The notes under the pieces: generated by a model
The model's input: only the letters and a program-made list of their open reading frames with translations
Told to the model about the DNA's origin: nothing
The model's database searches: none
Part shown: positions 10,928-22,001 of the stretch, one piece after another
Numbering within the stretch: the stretch's first letter is position 1
Layout of the letters: the number at the start of each line of letters is the position of its first letter
DNA from: Mycoplasmoides pneumoniae FH
GTDB lineage: Bacteria > Bacillota_I > Bacilli_A > Mycoplasmatales > Mycoplasmoidaceae
Direction: 5' to 3'
Assembly: GCF_001272835.1 (NCBI RefSeq)
Contig: NZ_CP010546.1
Location: forward strand, 452,809 to 484,808
DNA: 32,000 nucleotides
Program-made: the position numbers and the translations under genes

Positions 10928-11939
10928 CCTTTTTGTTATCAAAGATAACTTCGAGCATTTGTTGAGGTGTTAAGGTACCAAAGTACTCCTTAAAGTTATC
11001 AATGTTACCCAATATTTTAGCAAAGATTTGGTAATCGTATTTTTGTCCTACCAACTGCTGGGTAACGGGGGTAATGTCGATAACACTCAAAAAGTCCCCA
11101 TAGAACTCAATGTCGACTACTTTACCCTGATCTACCTGCACGTTACATTCAAAGATGCCCGCACCCTCAAACCGTTTCTTGTTTTTAAAGTTGTAGTCAG
11201 CTGTTTTACCAAAGTTTCAATCCCAGGATTGGAAGTGTTCCTGTGCACGTTTTTCCACCATCTTAATGCTGCTTTCATCCAAATGAATCGTTTCAGCATG
11301 TTCGGTTTCGGTAAAGAACTGCACCATCTTTTCCAAGAAGGTTGGGGTAGAGAGGTTGGGGAGGTATTCTTTTACGTTAACTACCCGTTTTTGGACACTT
11401 TCAATTCCCTTACTTACCATTTTTGTTTTATCCACATTGAGGTACTTCGCTAGCTTGGTAAAGTCGGTATCAAACAACAACGTACCGTGGACCAACACGC
11501 GGTCTTTGGAGAGGTATTCCGCTAAACCAGAGAACTTCTTGCCCTCAATTTCCAAGTCATTGCGGCCATGAAACTGTGCGGGTACACCTACACTGTTTAA
11601 GAACTTCACCACATTACGGGTTGTTTCTTCATAAGCGTTTTCCATTTCCTTTTTTGCTTTGGGCAAAATAATTGAGAAACAGATGTTACCCATGTCATGA
11701 AACACCGCCCCACCTCCAGAAAAACGGCGAAACAAATTAACCTTGTCCTTTTCCACTTCACTAAGGTTAACCTCAGCGTACGTATTTTGGTTGCGCCCCA
11801 CCACAATCGTGTTGGCGTTTTGCCAGAAGTAAATGACTTTAATTTCCTCGCCCTTTTTAAATTCGGTGAGTAGCCATTCTTCTAACGCTGCGTTGAAGTA
11901 AGGAATGTTTTTAGGGGAAGTGAGAATGTAAGTTTTCAT
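10920..11939 (-). CDS. lplA: Lipoate-protein ligase A, 339 aa
   Basis: MKTYILTSPKNIPYFNAALEEWLL...NTIVVGRNQNTYAEVN...VNLFRRFSGGGAVFHDMGNICFSII (RRxSGGGAVxHD motif). Joins ORFs 11217..11939 and 10920..11141 through TGA=Trp. Confidence 0.95.
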
Positions 11940-11965
11940 ATTCAGTTGTTGATTAGTTAGACAGT

Positions 11966-13339
11966 TTATTTAAAGTGATCAAAAAGAGCTTTTTTGCACA
12001 CATCAGCGATCATTTCGTTGATGGTAGGATGTGGTGAAATGGAGTTGGCAATGTCAAATAATGTCAAACCTGCATCCATAGCCAACGCTAGCTCGGCAAT
12101 CATGTCACTAGCAGTAGCAGCAATAATACAGCAACCCAAGATCTTACCGGTTTGTGGGTCAAACATCATTTTGACAAAACCGTTGGTTTCATTGTCAGCG
12201 ATTGCTTTTCCACAGTGCGCTAAAACAAGATTGGTTTTGACATAAGGAATGCCCTGTTTTTTCAACTCCATTTCGGTGTAACCCACCGATGCTACTTCCG
12301 GATTGGTGTAAATACAGGAAGGGCAAGTTAACTTTTGCGCTGGTTTGACCTGCTTCTTGTTTAAGATATGGTTCACCGCATACCGCCCTTGTTGGTAGGC
12401 AAAGTGGGCCAACATTAACTGGGCATTGGCATCGCCAACTATGTAGATGTTGGGAATTGAGGTTTGGAGATCTTGATTGAGCACAATCCGGTTGCGCTCA
12501 TCACGTTGTAAGTTCAACCCATCAAGACATTCCGTGTTGGGAATGCGACCAATCGAGACCAAAATGCGATCACCAACCACACTGCCTTCCTGCCCGTTTT
12601 GCGAATAAAAGACTTCATTATTGTTAGCACGGGTTACCTGTGCGTTGGTAATAATCTTGACATTCTTGGTTTGCAAGAGTTTAGCGACTAAATCTGATAC
12701 CTCAGTGTCAAAGATTTCCAAGATCCTATCCACCCCTTGTAAGATAGTCACTTCACTACCCAATGAAGCGTAGAGAAAGGCAAATTCAATACCAATCACT
12801 CCACCACCAACAACAACTAACTTGCGTGGTACCCCTTCCAAAGAGAGCGCTTGGGTCGAGTCAATTACAAAACCGTTTTGACGCGCTTCTGCAAAACCCG
12901 GAAGCGTTAAGTAACGGGGTCGTGAACCAGTTGCGACCACAATGCTTTTGGTGGTGTAAGTTTTACCCGCTACCTCCACGGTGTTGGGATCCAAAACCTT
13001 GGCTTCTCCCATTACCGTTTCAGCTTTAGCGGAAGCAATAATCGCTTTAACCCCACCAACTAACTTACTCACTACCTTACCTTTTTGCTCCAGCAATTGG
13101 TTTCAGTTAAGTGCTACTTGACCATTAATTGAAATACCATAGTCCTGCGCATGGCGGAGGTAATCGACAATCTTGGCCCGTTTTAACAGTGTTTTCGTTG
13201 GAATACAACCAACATTTAAACACACGCCACCAAAGTATTCCTTTTCGACAACGAGTGTTTTAAGTTTATGCTTACCCGCGTACTCAGCGGCCACATACCC
13301 AGCGGGACCAGCCCCTATAATAATGAGATCGTAATTCAT
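11966..13339 (-). CDS. pdhD: Dihydrolipoamide dehydrogenase (E3), 457 aa, no N-terminal lipoyl domain
   Basis: MNYDLIIIGAGPAGYVAAEYAGKHK...GGVCLNVGCIPTKTLL redox motif; C-terminal HPTINEMIADV; joins ORFs 13103..13339 and 11966..13096. Confidence 0.96.
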
Positions 13340-14548
13340 CTAAGCTACTTCTAAATCAATTAATTCTTCGATTTGCTTGGCAATTTCCTTACCAAAGCGA
13401 CCCACATCAGCGCCATCGACCCAGCGGTGGTCGGCAGCAATTGTTAACGGTAGGATGGTATGAACGGCTACCCCACCTTCAGCACGCACAACACGTTCTT
13501 CCATGTTACCGGTAGCGACAATACACATTTCCGGGTGCTTAATAATCGGGGTACCAAAAGCAGCGCCTAAAGAACCAAAGTTAGTTACCGAGATCGTTCC
13601 CTTACTTAAATCAGGAAGCTTAATTTGCTTACTGCGGGCACGGTTAGCAAGATCAACAATGTCCTTGGCAATGTCGACTACCGACTTCGTTTGTGCTTGC
13701 TTAATGTTAGGCACAATCAGACCATCGGGAGTGTCCACGGCAATACCTACGTTAACATCCTTGTTTAACACAATTAGGTTGCGTTCCTTGTCATAACGAC
13801 CATTGAAAACAGGAAACTTCTTCAAAGCATTAACAATTGCTTTAACAAAGAAAGCAAAGAAGGAAATCTTCATGTTGTACTTGCTTAAAGCTAAGCCGTT
13901 AACACTCTCACGGTACTGCTTTAACTTAGTAGCGTTAACATAGAAGGTGAGAATCGTAGCGGGAATGTTTTCGTGTGATTTCACCATTGCTTCAGCAATT
14001 GCTTTACGCATTGTCGTGATCGCAATCGTTTCCTCACCACTAGGTGCTGCTGCAGATGCTGGAGCTGGAGTGGGAGTTGGAGCGGATGTAGGTTGTACTA
14101 CAGGAGCTGGTGTTGGTTGGGGCGCACTTGGCTGCACACCAAAAATAGGAAACACACTGTTCGATACCTTAATTTCACCCACTACCGAGGCACCCGCCTC
14201 TTCCACTACTGGTTCGGTGGTTACAGGTGCTGGTGTTGGGGTAAATGTTGGGGTTGGGGCAGGAGCTGGTGCAGATACTGGTTGGGGCGCAGCAGGTGCA
14301 GCAGCACCAGCGCCATCATCAATAACGGCCATCACCTGACCAATGTGCACCACATCACCAACATTAGTGGTAATGGCGGTAATAACCCCAGCATAAGGGG
14401 ATGGAAGTTCGGTGGTTACCTTATCGGTTTCCACTACAAAAAGGGCTTCATCGACCTTGATCGTATCGCCCACTTTTTTGAGGATTTCAGTTACTTTACC
14501 CTCATGTAAGCCCTCACCAACATCGGTGAACTTAAACTCATTTGCCAT
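13340..14548 (-). CDS. pdhC: Pyruvate dehydrogenase E2 (dihydrolipoamide acetyltransferase), 402 aa
   Basis: ATG 14548 MANEFKFTDVGEGLHEGKVTEILKK...VVETDKVTTELPSP (lipoyl domain), Ala/Pro/Thr linker, catalytic domain with DHRWVDGADVG. Abuts the pdhD start. Confidence 0.95.
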   Translation of the reverse strand: MANEFKFTDVGEGLHEGKVTEILKKVGDTIKVDEALFVVETDKVTTELPSPYAGVITAITTNVGDVVHIGQVMAVIDDGAGAAAPAAPQPVSAPAPAPTPTFTPTPAPVTTEPVVEEAGASVVGEIKVSNSVFPIFGVQPSAPQPTPAPVVQPTSAPTPTPAPASAAAPSGEETIAITTMRKAIAEAMVKSHENIPATILTFYVNATKLKQYRESVNGLALSKYNMKISFFAFFVKAIVNALKKFPVFNGRYDKERNLIVLNKDVNVGIAVDTPDGLIVPNIKQAQTKSVVDIAKDIVDLANRARSKQIKLPDLSKGTISVTNFGSLGAAFGTPIIKHPEMCIVATGNMEERVVRAEGGVAVHTILPLTIAADHRWVDGADVGRFGKEIAKQIEELIDLEVA

Positions 14549-14603
14549 GATATACAAACTGTTTTAATTTTAGATTTAAAGCAAAAGTAATGCAAATAAA
14601 AAA

Positions 14604-14619
14604 CCAGTCTTACGACTGG
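14604..14619 (-). terminator. Intrinsic terminator-like hairpin between the Cys-rich ORF and pdhC
   Basis: CCAGTC-TTAC-GACTGG (6-bp stem, tetraloop). On the minus strand it reads CCAGTCGTAAGACTGGTTTTTTAT, a stem followed by a U-run. Confidence 0.6.
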
Positions 14620-14655
14620 CTTTTTATCTAAAACGAAATTTAGAGAAATTTCGCC

Positions 14656-14745
14656 TTATTTTTGGCAGCATTTGCAACCGCCACAGTTGCATTTACTGCA
14701 GTTAGCTGTTTCGGTTTTGCAACCACAGCATTTCTTGTCTTCCAT
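14656..14745 (-). CDS. 29-aa Cys-rich (9 Cys) metallothionein-like small protein
   Basis: Codon-by-codon reading: MEDKKCCGCKTETANCSKCNCGGCKCCQK*, ATG 14743-14745, TAA 14656-14658. Dense CC, CxC and CxxC motifs; same strand as the pdh genes. Confidence 0.7.
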   Translation of the reverse strand: MEDKKCCGCKTETANCSKCNCGGCKCCQK

Positions 14746-14866
14746 CTTAATATGAAATAAATGGTGTTCCCTAGCCTTCTCAACTTTTAGTTAAAAAAAC
14801 TAGGTGCAATTATTCTAACAAACCTCAAACTTATTTCAAATGGCTTGATTTAGAAAAGTCGTTAGT

Positions 14867-15850
14867 TTACTTTAAAAGTTGGTTAACAGCTTCCAAAATG
14901 CGGGCATTTAAATTGAACTGGTAGTGTTCACCCCGTGCTAACGGTACCACAATGTCCCAACCGGTTACCCGTTGTGGGGCTGCCTTGAGATAGCTAAATA
15001 ATTCTTCAGTTACCGATGCAATAATTTCCCCACTGGTGGTAAAGGTTTTAGCCGCTTCGGTAACTACGAGCAAGCGCCCGGTTTTCTTCACGGAGTTAAA
15101 CACCGTTTCCTTGTCTCAAGGGGAAATGGTACGCAAGTCAATGAGTTCAATGCCCTTGTCCTTCAACTCACCCCCATAGACCATGTTAATTAGGTCAAAC
15201 ATGGTAGGACCGTAACTAACAATAGTAAGGTTGTTACCCTGGCTAATTAAGTTAGCTTGACCAATTGGCACAGTGTAATAATCTGCTGGAATTTCCTGAC
15301 GGAAGGCACGGTACAGCTTCTTTGGTTCAAAGAAGACCACAGGGTCAGGTGATTCCACTGCTGCTAAGAATAAGCCCTTGGTGTCGTAAGGGTTGGACGG
15401 CATCACTGTTTTAAGTCCGGCAATTTGACCGTAAATCGCTTCCAAGGTCTCACTGTGGTGTTCAAGTGCTTTAATCCCACCACCCATTGGCATGCGGACA
15501 ATAATCGGACAGGTATACACACCGCGAGAACGGTTGCGGATCCGTGCTGCGTGGGTAAAAATTTGGAACATTGCGGGGAAAGAAAAACCGGAGAACTGGA
15601 TTTCCACGATTGGTTTAAGTCCACCAATGGCAGCGCCCACACCAATACCAGCCATAGCTGCTTCGGCAATCGGACAGTCCCAAACACGCTCCTCACCGTA
15701 CTTCTTTTGTAAACCCTTAGTAGCACGGAACACACCACCTTCAAAGCCAGCATCCTGACCGTATAAAACAACGTTGGGGTCGCGCTCTAACGCTAGATCC
15801 ATTGCGTTACCCAACGCTTCAATGTTATTTGCTTGAATTGTTTTTGACAT
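14867..15850 (-). CDS. pdhB: Pyruvate dehydrogenase E1 beta subunit, 327 aa
   Basis: NVVLYGQDAGFEGGVFRATKGLQKKYGEERVWDCPIAEAAMAGIGVGAAIGG...; joins ORFs 15116..15850 and 14867..15103. Confidence 0.96.
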
Positions 15851-15871
15851 AGTGAATTTATTAATGTGAAA

Positions 15872-16948
15872 TTAGTCTTTAAAGTATTTTTTAGCTTCAG
15901 CCTTTTGGCGCGCTAGATCAGGAGTCAACTTTTCATAGTTGTAATCAAACACTTCATCCAAGGTAACTGGCGTTTTGCTAACCATTACCTCATATGCAGC
16001 TTGCACTTCTTGTTCAATCTTAGCTACCATTTCCTCTTCTTGTTGTGGGGTTAGAATACCACGGTCAAACAAGAAGTTACGTAACCGCTTCACAGGGTCA
16101 CTCTTCATCGCTTCCGCTTCCTCTTCTTTAGTACGGTAAATGGAAGGGTCATCGGAAGTGGTGTGGGGACCTTGACGTCAAGAGAAGAACTCAATTAACA
16201 CTGGTCCATTACCGCTTCTCGCATAGTTAGCTGCTTCGTGCATTGCTTCGTAACTCGCAATTAAGTCATTACCGTCAACGCGAATACGAGGAATGTTAAC
16301 CGCAATAGCCTTGGTGGAAAGGTCACTTACAGCGGACTCTAATTTAGTTCTGGTGGAAATGGCAAACTGGTTGTTGTTAATACAAAAGACCGAGTTTCAC
16401 TTGTGAATGGAAGCAATGTTCATCGCTTCATAAAACTCACCTTCAGCTGTACCACCATCCCCAATCATCGTAACGGCTACGTTAGGGAGTTTCTTGTAGT
16501 GCAACATGTAACCAAGTCCAGCAGCATGAGAGTACTGTGCACCAATGGTAATGTTAATGGGCAGCGTTTTGTATTTAGCTTCGATCTTACTACCGTTTTC
16601 GTTACCGTTTCAGTAAAGTAAAAGCTGTTCTGGTTTAACACCACGGTACAACATTAACGCACCGGAACGGAAGGTAGGGCAGAACCAGTCATTTTCATTT
16701 AAACCCATGCCCATACCAACTTGCAGTGCTTCCTCACCTAAGTTAGGCGCAAAGTTCAACATCTTACCAGCACGTTGTCAAACAAGCATCTTCTTGTCCA
16801 TGATTCGGGAAAGATTCATGAGGTAAAAAGCGTGCTTTAACTGTTCGTTGCTAAGTGTAATCTTGTGATTAGGGTCCATTAACTTACCCTCATTGTCATA
16901 CACTTGGTAAAGTGTAGTAGGGACTTTGTTTTTAATCAAAATTGCCAT
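15872..16948 (-). CDS. pdhA: Pyruvate dehydrogenase E1 alpha subunit, 358 aa
   Basis: Read through TGA=Trp from ATG 16946-16948: MAILIKNKVPTTLYQVYD...TIGAQYSHAAGLGYM...TMIGDGGTAEGEFYEAMNIASIHKW...FCINNNQFAIST... (TPP-binding GDG...NN motif); C-terminus matches ORF 15872..16108. Confidence 0.95.
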
Positions 16949-16968
16949 AATTATTTGTTAGTTTAATC

Positions 16969-18408
16969 TTATTTATTTTTAGGGGTATAGTAACTAAAAC
17001 CAAGCGCTTGCAACACGGCTGCTAACACAAAGTTGAACGGCTTATTGTAGTGGGGAAGAAAGTAAACGTCTACTAAACCCAGTTCACTGATCAACATTTT
17101 CTTCTGTACTGCTAAAGCAATATAGAAGATAATTTCACTGTGGTTGGTGTTTCACGAAAGTAATTGGGCACCCAACAAACGGAGCGTCTTCTTGTCGTAA
17201 ATTAACTTAAAGCGCACCTTGTCAAAGGTCCCCATAAATTCGGGACGGTCGTTGTCATCAACAATGCTCACTCCCACATCAAAACCGTTCATTTTGGCAC
17301 GTTTTTCGGTTAAACCAGTAGCTGCTAGATTTAAACCAAATACGTGCAGCGCATTGGTACCAACAATGGACTCTAACTTTACAGCCTTGCTACCAATCAT
17401 GTGCATAGCAGCGACTAAACCACTTTTCACAGCGTTGGTAGCTAAGTCAATGTTTTCGTATTGTTCACTAGCTGCATCATAAATGGCAGCAGCCCCACCA
17501 ATAACATACACATTTTCATGATTTAAGGCTTGGAGGTATTCATTAACCTTAATCGAACCGTTACGGTTAAACTCAAACTGCCTGTCTTTAGGGACAAACT
17601 GGGTGTTTGGGCGGAACCCAATCGATTGGATGACAAGGTCAGCATCCACCCGACCCTTATCGGTTTCAACACCTTTAACGACATTTTTGTCCGCATCAAC
17701 AATAAAGCCCTTAACGGCACTACCCATCATTAGGTTAATGCCCGCTTTCTTCATGGCTTTTTCCAACTCGTTGGTAAACTCTTCATCAAAGTTATTGCCA
17801 GCTGGTTTGTCCAACATGTCAATCACAGTCACCTGTTTACCACACTGTCAAGCCGCTTCTGCTAACTCTAAACCAATGTAACCCGAGCCCACAATGGCTA
17901 CTGATTTAATTGACTTGTCATGACGGAAGCTGTCAATTAAGGTAAGGGCGTGTTGGTACAACTTACAACTAATTAAGTTCTTAATATTGCCACAGTACTT
18001 ATCAGTGTGGTTGAATTGCAATTGGGTGTGGGTTACTTCGTTTTCCACATTCATACAAATCGGTCAAGCTCCAGAGGCTACTACCAATTGATCATAGTGG
18101 TCCACAGTTTCCTTACCAGTGGCCAAGTCCTTCACGATTACTTGTTTTTTGTCTAGATCAAGACCAACTACATCATGAGCCATAAAGACATTAGCACCCA
18201 TAGCTTTTAGCTCTTCAGGGGTGGAGTAGAACAGGTCTTCGGTGTTTTTAACTACACCACTAACTGCCAAGGCAATTCCACAACCCAAAAAGGAGATGTT
18301 GGTATTGCGATCATAAGCGTTGACCTGAAAGTCTTTGCTCTTGCTTAAAAGGGTTCTGATAAAACTGGTGCCGGCGTGATTGACACCGATAACAATCACT
18401 TTCTTCAT
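16969..18408 (-). CDS. nox: NADH oxidase (FAD-dependent pyridine nucleotide-disulfide oxidoreductase), 479 aa
   Basis: MKKVIVIGVNHAGTSFIRTLLSK...NISFLGCGIALAVSG (single redox Cys), SVAIVGSGYIGLELAEAAW; joins three ORF fragments; TAA complement at 16969-16971. Confidence 0.94.
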
Positions 18409-18475
18409 ATCGTAATCAATGTCTTAAGATTAATATTTTCACGCCAAACTAAGTTTAGTTAAGTGCGGTATTTAT

Positions 18476-19009
18476 TTAATAGTGGAGCAAGATCTTGGTT
18501 GCCACATTTGGTTGTAGCTTTGCTTTACCGTGCAGTTTTTGCAGTTCAATTAAAAAACAATAACCCACAGTTTGACTACCTAAACGCGCTATTAGTTTGT
18601 CAATCGCTGCAACCGTACCAGCAGTAGCTAGTAAGTCATCAACAATCACACAGCGCTTGCAGTTTTCTAGTGCATCAACCCGCATTTCCAAGATTGAGTT
18701 TTGGCGGTATTCCAAATCATAGGTTTCACGCGCTAACTCACCTGATAGCTTATGGGGTTTGCGCACTAACACTAGGGGTAGTTTGGTTTTGGAAGCCAAA
18801 GCACCACCAAAGATAAAACCACGCGCTTCGGGACATACGATGCCATCAGCTTTAACTTCCTGGATAAACTGTGCCATTTGTTCCAGTACAAACTCAAACA
18901 GTTCACTGTTTAAAAAAATTGGCGTAATGTCGTAAAAGAGGATTCCCGGAGTGGGAAAGTCATTAAATCGCTTAATAGCTCGATCAAGCGCTTGGAGTTT
19001 CTGTTTCAC
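18476..19009 (-). CDS. apt: Adenine phosphoribosyltransferase, 177 aa
   Basis: PTPGILFYDITPIF, ARGFIFGGALA, KLPLVLVRKPHKLSG, CVIVDDLLATAGTVAA (PRPP-binding motif). Confidence 0.96.
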   Translation of the reverse strand: MKQKLQALDRAIKRFNDFPTPGILFYDITPIFLNSELFEFVLEQMAQFIQEVKADGIVCPEARGFIFGGALASKTKLPLVLVRKPHKLSGELARETYDLEYRQNSILEMRVDALENCKRCVIVDDLLATAGTVAAIDKLIARLGSQTVGYCFLIELQKLHGKAKLQPNVATKILLHY

Positions 19010-19043
19010 TGTTTATTATCTTAAAAACTGTTAAAAGCGTTTC

Positions 19044-21959
19044 TTAAAAGCTGTTAATTCCACTAATCAACTGTTCTTCAATTTGATCCACTTCCTTAAA
19101 CATTTGCTTTTTGTGGCGTAAGGTAATGTGGATTTGGACATAGTTGTACGGACTTAACCAACCATTGATTAAACCAAAGCTAAACAGCGGTAAGCCATTG
19201 ACAAACACGCTAAACAAGGCCACAATCGCAATTAAGTAGAAGATCACTAGGTTAATCGTGCCGTTAATACCACCAAAGTTAAAGGCAGCGTACACAATGA
19301 AGAGTAGGATTAAAACACTGCTACCAATAAGATCTAACCTTCATTGGCTGTTAACATTGTCGTTAAAGAGGTTTTTCACAAAGACCCGGTCCTTCAAGCT
19401 GCGTTTAAACCAGTAACAGTAAGTCCAAATGGTAGTTTGACCAATGCGGGCTTGGAAGAACAGCCAGAACAGGTACACAAAGATAATTAGTTGAATTGTG
19501 GACTGGTCAATCCTAAAGATAAAGTTAGCGAGGTACATTGCCCCAAAAAGTCCAGCGGCTAACAGAATTAAAGCAATTAGGTAGCTAATCCCATAAGCGA
19601 CACCATAGCGCGGTAGCGAATACAAGAGATAGAGCAAGCTAATCACCCCCACACCTAACATAATGCCAGTACTCGATTCGATGTCAGCGGCTAAAAAGTT
19701 ACCTAACAGTTGTGGTGCGCCCAGATAAAGGCCGAGCATCACCACCCCAAAGGCGAGAACTGTCAACCAAATAAACAGCAAGCTCCACTTTTTCTTACCA
19801 AAGAAGTCGTGCTGGTTCTTACTGATAAAGAAGTCCGTTTGGATGTCGTTGTTTTCCGTTAAGATCGAGCAGTTACTCGATGTTTTGGTCAACGCTTGCG
19901 CGTCCTTTTTATAGAGGAAGAAGCGTCATTCTAACCCGGAATGGGATGACACAAACAACCACACTAAGATTACTCCTAAACCATAGTTTAAGAAGTAAGA
20001 GGTAATCGCTGAAACTGCCATTAAGGTACCTAACTGTTGTACCTGGTAGTTGGAGAGGTAAATCACGACTAAGGCACTCAATAACCAGCAAATGTGGGTT
20101 TCTATCATCGTGAAGAAACTACGTTTTAAACACAGTTTTCACGATTCCACAATTGAGGCGTTGTTCTTAATGTTACGCAAAAACAGTTCCGCCAGAGTGA
20201 TCAGGTTAATAATGTTAACGGCAACCACAAAGAAGATGCCGACAAACGAAAAGACATCAACGACACCACCAACGGCATTAAAGAAGGCGAGCGAAGAGAT
20301 GGCACTAAGCGCTAAGGCTAAGGCTTTGTAAAGGCCAAGTAGCTTGTAACGAATACCTAACGCAATTGTAGCGAGCAGGATAATTACACCCAAGGCAATG
20401 AAGCTCGAAGCAAAGTTAGAAACATCGCGTGCTAAAGTGTTGGAAAGCGGTGCATTAACTAACTTGGTGTTAGCAGCTGCAATGGTAGCGGTTTCGGGAA
20501 AACCATTGCTCAACAGCACCTTTACCCTACTAGCTTCCAAGTAAGAAGCAGGAACGTATGAACCATCATTGTTAACAAAGTTAGCTACTTGGAACTTAAT
20601 GTTACCACCGTGTTCTAAGCGTTGGTTATTGCTATCCAAAAAGCTTTGTAAAGTGGCGTTTACCTTAACCGGATCACCATTCTTAGCTACCGGATCTTCT
20701 GTTCTAATTTCTGCCAAGATGTAATTGGAGAATAAACCAGAAAAACCAGTAGCATCACCGCTGCGCAGTTTTCTAGTGTCCGCGCTGTTAGCTACAGTGA
20801 CAACATCAGCAGCGTCCTTATTGTTATTGTCTTTGGTTGCAACTTGTGAGAAATGTGTCGGTGCTGCATAGATGTAATAGATATTTTTTAAGGTAATGTC
20901 ACTAGCTTTGGTAATTGGTGAATTACCATTATTATTTTTTTGCAAAAACAAATTATCACCAGAGGAAAAGTTACCCTCAGCGTGCAAGAAGTCCCAGAGG
21001 TTCTTTTCACGTTCGTTAAAGGTGAGGTAATCAGTACCACCTTTAGGAACGTTAAAGATGTTGCGCACATACTGTACTGCACCTTCCTTATCCTTCCATA
21101 AAACTAAAGTTTTATTTCCGTTTTGTGCACTACCGTTAGCCTTGTCTTTAAATCATTTACCGCTACCTTCAACACTCTTTTGACCATTACCAGTATTATA
21201 GTCAGAATCAGTTAAACTCTTACTCTTAATAAAGTCCAAAAAGTCGTTGTGTAAAGATTCTTTGGTAATAACATTTTTGCTGAGCTTGTACTCAAACGTT
21301 AAGGCACTGTTGGTGTTTGTGGTTTGGGGAACAACTGCTGTAAGCGAATTTCTAATAAATTCCTTATCAAACGAGTCAAAAAGAACAATTCCGTCAGTGG
21401 TTTCTAACGAAAGTTTGTAGTTGTGTTCAATTGCACTTAAAGCGTTGCGCTTGACCTGTGCATCTATTTGCCGCTTTCGTGCTCGGGTACGCGCCTCTTC
21501 ACGACGTTGCTCAAAGGTAACAGAAATAGAGGGTAAACCATCATTAACTAGTCAAGAACTGTCAAAAACTCCTTTATCTGAAAGTTCTTTTGCACTTGTA
21601 TCGTGTGAGTTTTTCGTGATGTTAACAGACGAAAAACCCTGGGCGTAGAGGCTGTTGGCGTAACTCTTTTCAATATTGTTGAGAAAACCGTTCACATCGG
21701 TAATCATTTCAGTATTGTTACCGTTGCCATTGCCGTCCTTTTTCTGGGTAGGATCTAACTCCTTGTTAGCGTCCTTGGACTTATGGTTTAAAAAATAAAC
21801 AGTGGTGGTAGTGGAACCGTTGAACACTACCCCTAAGCGACTGTCGTTTAGAAGCTTATAACTACCAAAAATAATTCCAAACAGGCCCAAAAAAGCTAAG
21901 ACCAGGATAATTCCAATCTTTAAGAGCCAGTCAAAGGAAACCCGCTTTTTCAGTCCCAC
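19044..21959 (-). CDS. SecDF-like RND-type membrane protein, 971 aa (GTG start)
   Basis: Five in-frame ORF fragments joined through TGA=Trp; multiple TM segments (VSNFASSFIALGVIILLATIALGIRYKLLGLYKALALALSAISSLAFFNAVGG...) in SecD/SecF-like arrangement; large N-terminal extracytoplasmic region. Confidence 0.82.
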
Positions 21960-21982
21960 TGGATGTTTTACAATTGACTTAA

Positions 21983-21992
21983 ATTATATAAA
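21983..21992. promoter_or_regulatory. Overlapping divergent -10 elements between the SecDF-like gene and relA/spoT
   Basis: Minus strand TATAAT (21988-21983), plus strand TATAAA (21987-21992). ATG 22002 lies 9 nt after the plus-strand -10, consistent with a leaderless mRNA. Confidence 0.5.
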
Positions 21993-22001
21993 TTTAGCAA
22001 A

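Noticed and set aside
11028-11453. 141-aa plus-strand ORF antisense to lplA
   Set aside because: The opposite strand encodes conserved LplA motifs; the antisense product has no recognisable motif.
13947-14509. Gly/Val- and Trp/Arg-rich plus-strand ORFs (130 and 138 aa) over pdhC
   Set aside because: Low-complexity mirror images of the Ala/Pro/Thr linker codons in pdhC.
15403-15771. 122-aa minus-strand and 95/88-aa plus-strand ORFs over pdhB
   Set aside because: Fully inside pdhB in alternative frames, with no coding-like signature.
21974-21979. TTGACT as a -35 box for relA/spoT
   Set aside because: Only about 7 nt from the proposed -10 (21987-21992), too close; -35 elements are generally weak in this group.
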